The translations under genes were made by a program, and so were the position numbers. Shown here piece by piece: positions 56,775 through 64,000 of a stretch of DNA of 64,000 bases (the first letter of the stretch is position 1; every line of letters begins with the position of its first letter). The notes beneath the pieces are model-generated. The model ran no database searches and was not told the origin of the DNA. It saw nothing but the letters and a program-made list of their open reading frames with translations. Origin of the DNA: an uncultured Gemmatimonadota bacterium (lineage in GTDB: Bacteria > JAAXHH01); assembly GCA_951812955.1 (NCBI GenBank), contig OX638340.1:2336001-2400000 (forward strand). The letters run 5' to 3'.

Positions 56775-58780
56775 GAGGCCGCGACCAACGCCTTCGCCTT
56801 TTCGACGATATTCCCGGCAGTGAAGCCTAGGTTCTCGAACACGACCTCGTAAGGGGCCGAGGCGCCGAAACGTTCCAGGCCGATGACGTCGCCCCGCTGC
56901 CCCACGTACCGCTCCCAGCCCAGTGTTACGCCGGGTTCGATAGCCAGGCGCGCGGTGACCGACGCCGGAAGTACGGACTCCCGGTATTCCCCGGTCTGCG
57001 CTTCGAACAGCTCCCAACTCGGCATGCTGACGACGCGCGCGGAGATGCCTTCACCGGCCAGCGCGTCCCGGGCCTCGAGGGCCAGGCAGACTTCCGAACC
57101 CGAGGCGATGAGGATCAGATCCGGATGCCCGTCGGCATCGGCGAGGACATAGGCGCCCATGTGGAGGCCGTCGGCGGGCGCGAGCTCCGCACGGTCCAGC
57201 ACGGGGAGTTTCTGGCGGGTCAGCGCCAGGGCGACGGGGCCGTCCTTGCGCCGAAGCGCCGCGACCCACGCTTCCGATGTCTCTGCCGCGTCGGCGGGCC
57301 GGATGAGGGTCAGGTTGGGAATCGCCCGTAGCGACATGTAGTGCTCGATGGGCTGGTGGGTCGGACCATCCTCGCCAAGTCCCACGCTGTCGTGGGTGAA
57401 TGCGTAGACCGGCGCGATGCCCATCAGCGCAGCCAGGCGGATGGACGGCCGCATGTAGTCCGAGAACACGAGAAATGTGCCGGCATAAGGTCGCAGACCC
57501 CCGTGGAGCGTCATTCCGTTCAGCGCGGCGGCCATGGCGTGTTCGCGTACGCCGAAGTGAAGGTTCCGCCCACCGTAGTTGCCGGCGGCGTAATTTGTTT
57601 CGGCTTCCACCATGGTGTTGTTGGACCCTGCCAGGTCCGCCGAACCGCCCAGCAATCCGGGAATACGTTGGGACAGGGCGTTGATGGTCACGCCGGACGC
57701 CTGCCGCGTGGCCATGGGTCCCTGGTCGGACGAAAAGGACGGCAGATTCTCGTCCCATCCGGCCGGCAGTTCGCCGTCCATGGCCTGCTTCCAGCTCTCC
57801 GCCAGGTCCGGAAAAGCGGCCGCGTAGGCATCGAAGGCCTGGTGCCAGGCCAGTTCCCACCCCTTGCCGTACAATGGCATCTGCTGGAAGTATGCCCGCA
57901 CTTCGTCGGGTACGAGGAACTTCGGTTCCAGGGGCCAGCCCAGGTTCTGCTTGGTCAGTTCCACCTCGTCCTCGCCGAGGGGCTCGCCGTGGGCCTTGGA
58001 TGTCCCGGCCTTGTTGGGACTGCCGTAACCGATGACCGTGCGGCAAATAATGACCGAGGGACGGTCCGTCTCCTGCCGCGCCAGTTCCACCGCGGCTTCG
58101 ACCCGGGCGAGGTCATTGCCGTCCAGGACCCGCTGCACGTGCCATCCGTAGGCGTCGAACCGCAGGCCCGTGTTTTCTGAGAAGGCCAGGTCCGTACCGC
58201 CGTCGATCGTGATGCTGTTGTCCAGGTAGATGACGATCAGCCGGCCGAGTCCGAGGTGCCCGGCGAGGGAACAGGCCTCGGAGGCGACGCCCTCCATCAT
58301 GTCCCCGTCGCTCGCGATAACGTAGGTGAAGTGGTTGACGATTTCGTGGCCTGCGCGGTTGTACCGTGCTGCCAGATGGGCCTCGGCCATGGCCATGCCC
58401 ACGGCGTTCGAAATGCCCTGGCCGAGCGGACCCGTGGTGGTCTCCACGCCGGGCGTATCGCCGTATTCGGGATGGCCGGGCGTCTGGCTCTCCCATTGCC
58501 GGAAGTTCCTGATCTCATCGAGGGACAGGTCGTAGCCGGTGAGGTGCAGCATGGCGTAGAGCAGCATCGACCCGTGCCCACCGGAAAGCACGAAGCGGTC
58601 CCGGTTCGGCCAGTCGGGATTCTTCGGATTGTAGCGCATGAGACGCGTCCACAGCACGTAGGCGATGGGCGCGGCTTCCATGGGAAGGCCGGGATGGCCG
58701 CTGTTGGCCTGCTGAACGCCGTCCACGGCCAACATGCGGATGGTGTTGATGCATCGTTGCTCGAGATCGTTCGCTGACAC
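56771..58780 (-). CDS. tkt: transketolase
   Basis: 669 aa with a ...NSGHPG... TPP-binding N-terminus and conserved transketolase domains. GTG start. Confidence 0.85.
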   Translation of the reverse strand: MSANDLEQRCINTIRMLAVDGVQQANSGHPGLPMEAAPIAYVLWTRLMRYNPKNPDWPNRDRFVLSGGHGSMLLYAMLHLTGYDLSLDEIRNFRQWESQTPGHPEYGDTPGVETTTGPLGQGISNAVGMAMAEAHLAARYNRAGHEIVNHFTYVIASDGDMMEGVASEACSLAGHLGLGRLIVIYLDNSITIDGGTDLAFSENTGLRFDAYGWHVQRVLDGNDLARVEAAVELARQETDRPSVIICRTVIGYGSPNKAGTSKAHGEPLGEDEVELTKQNLGWPLEPKFLVPDEVRAYFQQMPLYGKGWELAWHQAFDAYAAAFPDLAESWKQAMDGELPAGWDENLPSFSSDQGPMATRQASGVTINALSQRIPGLLGGSADLAGSNNTMVEAETNYAAGNYGGRNLHFGVREHAMAAALNGMTLHGGLRPYAGTFLVFSDYMRPSIRLAALMGIAPVYAFTHDSVGLGEDGPTHQPIEHYMSLRAIPNLTLIRPADAAETSEAWVAALRRKDGPVALALTRQKLPVLDRAELAPADGLHMGAYVLADADGHPDLILIASGSEVCLALEARDALAGEGISARVVSMPSWELFEAQTGEYRESVLPASVTARLAIEPGVTLGWERYVGQRGDVIGLERFGASAPYEVVFENLGFTAGNIVEKAKALVAAS

Positions 58781-58941
58781 GGTCTTTAGTCCTTTTCAGT
58801 TTGTCGTTCCGCCAGAAGTTGAAGTGGCGGATCACCTGTTGATGCTCGCGTTTGGCGGCCGGTCATTCAGCCCGGGTTCGCCATGGGGATTTGGCTTCGA
58901 TCAGGCTCGTTCCAACGCCCGCTAAGATACAACCCGGCCCT

Positions 58942-60417
58942 TCAACTGTCCATCATCATATCATACAGATCCTGCTGCCGTTTCATCGCTTCCCGGTAGC
59001 GGTCCCGGTTCGCCGGATCCGGTTCAAAGGTCTTTCCCATGGGGGCCGGCGCGGCGGACAGGTCTTCCAGCGCTCCGGAGGCCTCCAGCGCCAGCAGCGC
59101 GGCGCCGCGGCTCGAGGCCTCGGTCACGGCCGAGGCGGTGATGGGCCGCTCCAGTACGTCGGCCAGCATCTGCATCCAGACGGGCGACTGCAGCAGGCCG
59201 GCGCCCGACGCGACGATCTCGCCGGAGTCTCCCCAGATTGACCGCAACCGGCCATGGATGTTCGCGAAACAGTAGGCCGTGGCCTCCAGGCTGGCCCGCA
59301 TGACGTCAAGGGGCGTGGTGTGCAGCGTCATGCCGGTAATGGCCGCCCTCGCGGCGTCGTGCCAGCCCGGGCTGCGCTCACCCGCCCAGAATGGCAATAC
59401 CGTGAGGCCGTGGCTGTCCGGCGCCATCTCGCCCAGATCCTGCTCGACCCTTTGCTCGTCGGAGAGGCGCAACGTGTCGCGCATCCAGCCGTAGACGTTC
59501 CCGCCGTTGCTCAGGGCGCCGCCCATCAGGATCCTCCGGCGGTCCGACCGGTAACACCACAGGCCTTCGGGGATCGCGAACTCCGCGGCCCGCCTCATGA
59601 CCCGCATGGCGCCTGAAGTGCCCACCATCAGGGCGATACGATCCTCGTCCACGCATCCGCTGCCGATGTTGTTGCAGGCGCCGTCGCCAATGGCGGGATA
59701 CCAGGAAGCTCCGGCCAGGACCGGCCAGCGGGACGCGAATTCGTCCTTCAGCCCCCGGACCGGCTCGTCCACGTCGCACAAGGGCGTCAGTTGGGCCCGT
59801 TCCACCGGCAGCGCGGCCAGCGTCTCGTCGTCCCAGTCGCAGGTGTGCGCGTTGAACAACCCCGTGCCAGAAGCCATGGAAACGCTGCAGGCCGGCGCGC
59901 CGAACCATCTGAGGAAGAGGTATTCTCCGATGGACATCCAGCGTTCCACCCGGGCGAAACGACCGGGATCATTCCGGGCGATCCAGCATATCTTTGCAGG
60001 GAGGTAGGAGGCGTGAAGCACGCAGCCGGTACGCCTGTGCGTCGCGCCGATGTCGAAGCGCTCGGCCAGATCGGGGATAACGGACCGCGGCCGCGTATCG
60101 GCCCAGCTGATCAGCGGGGTCACGGCACGGCTTCCCTCCACGCCAACCACGTTGTGCCAGAAAGTGGTCATGGCCACGCCGTCGATCGCGGTATTGCCGC
60201 CCGCGGCGCAGAAGTCATCGAGCACCGAGCCCACCTCCGCCACCAGGCGGTCGGCGTCGATAAAGACCCCGCCGCCCGGCGTGGTCTCCATGCCGTAGGG
60301 TTTCTGAAAGACGGGCGACGCGATCCCCGCGGTCCGGTCGAACAGGATCGCCCGCACGGACGACGTGCCGATGTCGATGGCCAGTACGCGGGGCGGCTGA
60401 ATCGTGTCGCGGGGCAT
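58942..60417 (-). CDS. FGGY-family carbohydrate kinase (gluconokinase/xylulokinase-like)
   Basis: VLAIDIGTSSVRA N-terminal motif. The start is at 60417 (MPRDT...), with an alternative at 60480. The ORF to 60765 is over-extended. Confidence 0.7.
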   Translation of the reverse strand: MPRDTIQPPRVLAIDIGTSSVRAILFDRTAGIASPVFQKPYGMETTPGGGVFIDADRLVAEVGSVLDDFCAAGGNTAIDGVAMTTFWHNVVGVEGSRAVTPLISWADTRPRSVIPDLAERFDIGATHRRTGCVLHASYLPAKICWIARNDPGRFARVERWMSIGEYLFLRWFGAPACSVSMASGTGLFNAHTCDWDDETLAALPVERAQLTPLCDVDEPVRGLKDEFASRWPVLAGASWYPAIGDGACNNIGSGCVDEDRIALMVGTSGAMRVMRRAAEFAIPEGLWCYRSDRRRILMGGALSNGGNVYGWMRDTLRLSDEQRVEQDLGEMAPDSHGLTVLPFWAGERSPGWHDAARAAITGMTLHTTPLDVMRASLEATAYCFANIHGRLRSIWGDSGEIVASGAGLLQSPVWMQMLADVLERPITASAVTEASSRGAALLALEASGALEDLSAAPAPMGKTFEPDPANRDRYREAMKRQQDLYDMMMDS

Positions 60418-60676
60418 GGACGATGCCTGACTATCGGGTCGATGAGAAACAGCGTCCTGATGCTGCGCGGACTTATCCATGGACAATGGACGCAGCGGAC
60501 GCGGATACGAGAGCGGGAAACGGCTGCAGGCGGTATTATATCGTAGGGCGGTTCGCGTTTCAAGCCAAAAGCTACAGACCAAGAAAGGATTGACAGCCGG
60601 ACCTCTGCCGCTTTTTTTAAAGCGGTCTACGTGCCATGTACAACCCAGGTATACTCGCGAGGAGAAGCAGCATAAG

Positions 60677-61702
60677 ATGTCTTCCAACCTGAAAGAAGTC
60701 GCCCGGGCCATGGTCGCTCCCGACAAGGGGATACTGGCGGCGGATGAAAGCAGCGAAACGATCAAGAACCGGTTCGACAGTATCGGACTGCCGTCGACAA
60801 CGGAGAACCGCCGCGCCTATCGCCACATGCTGTTCAGCACCGAAGGCATGGAGGAATTCATCAGCGGCGTCATCCTCTACGAAGAGACGCTGCGGCAGAA
60901 GGCTCTCGACGAGGCCGAAACTCCGTTTCCGAAGCTGTTGTCCGACAAGGGCGTGATTCCCGGGATCAAGGTAGATGCCGGGATCCATGACCTGGCCGGT
61001 TTTCCGGGAGAGAAAGTCACCGAGGGGCTCGACGGCCTGCGGGCGCGCCTGAAGCGATACGGCCGGCTAGGCGCCGCCTTTGCGAAGTGGCGAGCGGTCA
61101 TTACCGTGGGCAAGGGTATTCCTTCGGATGTCTGCATCGACGCGAACGCCCACGCGCTGGCGCGGTACGCCGCCCTGTGCCAGGAAAACGGCATCGTACC
61201 GATCGTCGAACCCGAGGTGCTGATGGAAGGCGACCACACCATTTATCGGTGCGACGAGGTGACCGGTGTCACGCTGCGGCACGTGTTCGAGGCCCTGGCC
61301 GTGCATGGTGTCAAGCTGGACGGGATCGTCCTGAAGCCCAGTATGGTCATCTCGGGCTCGGAATGTCCTGAACAGGCTTCCGTGGAGGAAGTCGCGCGCC
61401 GCACGGTGAATAACTTCCTGCGTAACGTTCCGCGGGATGTGCCCGGCATCGCCTTTCTTTCGGGCGGGCAGTCCTCGGAGACCGCCACGGCGCACCTGAA
61501 CGCCATGAACGCCATGTTCGGCGAACTGCCGTGGGAACTCAGCTTCTCCTACGGCCGCGCCCTGCAGGCGGCTCCGCTGCGAGCATGGGGTGGAGATTCC
61601 GCCAATTTCGAGGCGGGGCAGAAGGCTTTTTACCACCGTGCCATGTGCAACAGCTACGCGCGGACCGGCCAGTACAGCGCCGACATGGAAGACGCGGCCT
61701 AG
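60677..61702 (+). CDS. fba: class I fructose-bisphosphate aldolase
   Basis: GILAADES motif and a Schiff-base Lys region. The ATG at 60677 has a GGAGAAG SD. Confidence 0.8.
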   Translation: MSSNLKEVARAMVAPDKGILAADESSETIKNRFDSIGLPSTTENRRAYRHMLFSTEGMEEFISGVILYEETLRQKALDEAETPFPKLLSDKGVIPGIKVDAGIHDLAGFPGEKVTEGLDGLRARLKRYGRLGAAFAKWRAVITVGKGIPSDVCIDANAHALARYAALCQENGIVPIVEPEVLMEGDHTIYRCDEVTGVTLRHVFEALAVHGVKLDGIVLKPSMVISGSECPEQASVEEVARRTVNNFLRNVPRDVPGIAFLSGGQSSETATAHLNAMNAMFGELPWELSFSYGRALQAAPLRAWGGDSANFEAGQKAFYHRAMCNSYARTGQYSADMEDAA

Positions 61703-61746
61703 CGTTTCGGCCAGTACAGCGCCGACATGGAAGACGCGGCCTAGCG
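61667..61746. repeat. perfect 38-bp tandem duplication of the fba 3' end, including the TAG stop (42-bp period)
   Basis: GGCCAGTACAGCGCCGACATGGAAGACGCGGCCTAGCG occurs at 61667-61704 and 61709-61746. Confidence 0.9.
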
Positions 61747-61773
61747 GCCCAGCACGTAGCGACGACAGATCTG

Positions 61774-62880
61774 ATGTCCAGACCCCCATATTCCGACATC
61801 GTGGCAGGCCTGCCCTCCGTGACTCCCTTCGTGGGGCCCGAAACCATCGAACGACAGCAGGGAAACACGTTCCGGGTACGCATCGGCGCCAACGAAAGCG
61901 CCTTTGGCGTATCGCCTCGTGCCGCGGCGGCCATGAGCGATGCCGCGGCGGGCGTCGCCTGGTACTGCGACCCGGAAGGTTACGAACTGCGGTCCGAACT
62001 GGCCGCGATTCATGGCGTGAGCATCGAGAACGTGACGCTCGGCGCGGGGATCGACGACCTGCTGGGACTGATCGTCCGCATGTACATGAACCCGGGCGAC
62101 GCGGTCGCCGCTTCCCTGGGCTCCTACCCGACCTTCGCGTACCACGTCGATGGCTTCGGCGGCAGGCTTGAAACTGTACCCTACCGCAACGATCGCAACG
62201 ACCTCATGGCGCTTACGGACCTGGCCGCGCGCACGAAGGCCTGTATCCTCTATCTGGCCAATCCTGACAACCCCACGGGTTCCTATTACGGCAGCAACGC
62301 CATCGGCGATCTCCTGGACCGTCTGGACCGCGTGCCCTCCGACTGTCTCTTCATTCTCGACGAGGCTTACCTGGACTTCGTACCGCCCGACACCATGCTC
62401 CCCATCGACGTGGACGACCCCAGATTGATCCGCGTGCGCACCTTCTCCAAGGCCCACGGCATGGCCGGCGCCCGGGTGGGGTACGCCATCGCCCACCGGG
62501 ACATCATCCGGACCTTCGACAAGGTCCGCCTGCACTTCGGCGTGAGCCTGGTAGCACAGGCCGGCGCACAGGCCTCGCTGCGCGACCCGGACTTCGTGGC
62601 AGGCGTTGTAAAGGCGGTGGAGGAGGGCCGGCGGGAATACCGGGAACTGGCCGAGGACGCCGGGATATCGGCCCTGCCTTCCCTGACCAATTTCGTTGCC
62701 TTCGACTTCGGTACGGGCGAACGGGCCGGCGCGGTGATGAACACCCTCATCGAACGGGGCGTGTTCCTGAGAAAACCCGTCGCGCCGGACCTGGACCGCC
62801 TGGTCCGGGTCACGGTGGGCACGCCTGATGACCGGGCCGTCTTCTCGGAACTGTTCAAAGATGTGATGAATGGAAAGTAG
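61774..62880 (+). CDS. hisC: histidinol-phosphate aminotransferase
   Basis: N-terminal ...YSDIVAGLPS..., a NPTG motif, and the PLP-Lys region RTFSKAHGMAGARVGY. The ATG at 61774 is used. Confidence 0.75.
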   Translation: MSRPPYSDIVAGLPSVTPFVGPETIERQQGNTFRVRIGANESAFGVSPRAAAAMSDAAAGVAWYCDPEGYELRSELAAIHGVSIENVTLGAGIDDLLGLIVRMYMNPGDAVAASLGSYPTFAYHVDGFGGRLETVPYRNDRNDLMALTDLAARTKACILYLANPDNPTGSYYGSNAIGDLLDRLDRVPSDCLFILDEAYLDFVPPDTMLPIDVDDPRLIRVRTFSKAHGMAGARVGYAIAHRDIIRTFDKVRLHFGVSLVAQAGAQASLRDPDFVAGVVKAVEEGRREYRELAEDAGISALPSLTNFVAFDFGTGERAGAVMNTLIERGVFLRKPVAPDLDRLVRVTVGTPDDRAVFSELFKDVMNGK

Positions 62881-62952
62881 GAAAGTAAACCCAGGCGCAG
62901 GCCGGGGGAGGCATGGGAACCGGATGCCGGAGTATGCAACACGGCGCCGGCT

Positions 62953-63726
62953 TTGACGGGTATCCGGCCGGGGGAGGACGCTCCAACTGTGGTCGATCTC
63001 GAGTTTTTCAAACACAACGGCTACGTAAATCTCGGACAGCCGTTTACCGAAGAAGAACTAAGCCGATACACCGAACTGTACGACCGCGACCGGTCGGAGA
63101 CGGGGTATTTCTGGCGGCCAATCTCCTTCGACGGTCACCAGAGCGTGAACTGCGAACCGCTGATCTCCTCACCTGAGTTCGACGGGCTGATCCGCCACCC
63201 TTCGCTCATCGGCGCGATCGAGACCATTTTCCAGGGACCAAGCTGCCTCGCCGAGGCCTGTCTGCGTCACATGGCGCCCCACGAAGGCGAACCGGTGGAG
63301 GTCTGGCACCGCGACCGGGGACACATGACCGACCGGCCCTACCGGTGCGGCTACCTCCACATGATGCTCTACCTGACGGATGTAAGCGAGGATACCCACT
63401 GCTTTTCCATATCGCCGGAGCCCTGCGACGCGTCTATCCTGGATACCGAGGAACAGGTAGAGCAGCGCGGCGCTGTCCCGCTCCACGGTCCGGCCGGAAC
63501 GGTCATCCTTTTCAACCTGTCCGTCGTCCACGCGGCAACAGTCCGGAGAACCCCCCACGAACGAAAGTCCGTCCAGGTCTACTACGGCCACCGCGACGGA
63601 CCCGTCCTCAGCCAGTTCACCACCATCCCAACGAGCCTTTGGCGCGACCATTCCGATCCTGAAATGCGTGGATTCTACAGCCTGCTGAACACGCGGTCAG
63701 AGAAGTTCGCGGAGGCGTTCGGCTGA
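62953..63726 (+). CDS. PhyH-family dioxygenase (third paralog in the window)
   Basis: WHRDRGH...H ligands and a jelly-roll C-terminus. The ORF starts on TTG, so the true start is uncertain. Confidence 0.5.
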   Translation: MTGIRPGEDAPTVVDLEFFKHNGYVNLGQPFTEEELSRYTELYDRDRSETGYFWRPISFDGHQSVNCEPLISSPEFDGLIRHPSLIGAIETIFQGPSCLAEACLRHMAPHEGEPVEVWHRDRGHMTDRPYRCGYLHMMLYLTDVSEDTHCFSISPEPCDASILDTEEQVEQRGAVPLHGPAGTVILFNLSVVHAATVRRTPHERKSVQVYYGHRDGPVLSQFTTIPTSLWRDHSDPEMRGFYSLLNTRSEKFAEAFG

Positions 63727-63862
63727 AGACGATGGCCTTCACGGATCATTACACCCCGCTTCGTTGAAGGCACACTTCCCGTCAGCACATGAACGGATGG
63801 AAACACCCGTAACGTCAGCGACTTACTGATCGGACGGTTCCTCTCGCATGCGCGGCTTCATC

Positions 63863-64000
63863 TCATACTCGCATTGCGGCCGCGCGCCGTTTGGCAGCTC
63901 GGTTCCTGCGCTCCTGCGTAAGCTCGTAGCTCGCCTGCATCCGCATCCAGTGATCGGCGGTGCCCCAGCCTATGTCTTCCAGCGCCAGCGCCATGTTCGC
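63863..64000 (-). CDS. higA: HigA-family antitoxin, C-terminal fragment (gene continues past the window edge)
   Basis: Minus-strand translation ...GWGTADHWMRMQASYELTQERRN... matches the conserved HigA C-terminal (xFWLNLQ-like) helix. Confidence 0.4.
   Translation of the reverse strand, partial: ANMALALEDIGWGTADHWMRMQASYELTQERRNRAAKRRAAAMRV

Noticed and set aside
60589-60625. hairpin CCGCTTT-TTTT-AAAGCGG as a terminator
   Set aside because: It lies between divergent gene starts, and the stem is AT-rich and weak. It is more likely promoter-region structure.

Overview
This is a high-GC (roughly 65%) bacterial chromosomal window, probably from an environmental or metagenomic genome, and I found no rRNA, tRNA or CRISPR. 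It is densely packed with about 60 protein-coding genes, mostly metabolic. These include a GH32 fructosidase, two adjacent aminotransferases (one carrying a Tat signal), polyphosphate glucokinase and a rhamnose-associated cluster. There is also a sir-cysH sulfate-assimilation operon, cysS, acpH, a UPF0182 membrane protein, mtnK, a MurD-like ligase, hbd, an M24 peptidase, tkt, a class I aldolase and hisC, plus three PhyH-family dioxygenases. The ORF track uses alternative start codons, so many ORFs are 5'-over-extended; I give refined starts where the sequence supports them.

Accessory content is concentrated in visibly AT-rich patches. These hold a two-gene AAA-ATPase + DUF4276 (Toprim-like) candidate anti-phage module, a class II Fic protein, a VapBC pair, a HigB/HigA-like pair with a second partial HigA at the window edge, a stand-alone retropepsin-like protease and an orphan beta-class DNA methyltransferase.

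The most unusual signal is not a gene. At 10 gene ends there are short (20-100 bp), imperfect tandem duplications of the gene's 3' terminus, each copy still carrying the stop codon, lying immediately downstream of the true stop. A further 12-bp instance at 47109 and several promoter-side tandem repeats and palindromes fit the same picture. This looks like a recurrent local mutational process rather than a dispersed repeat family.
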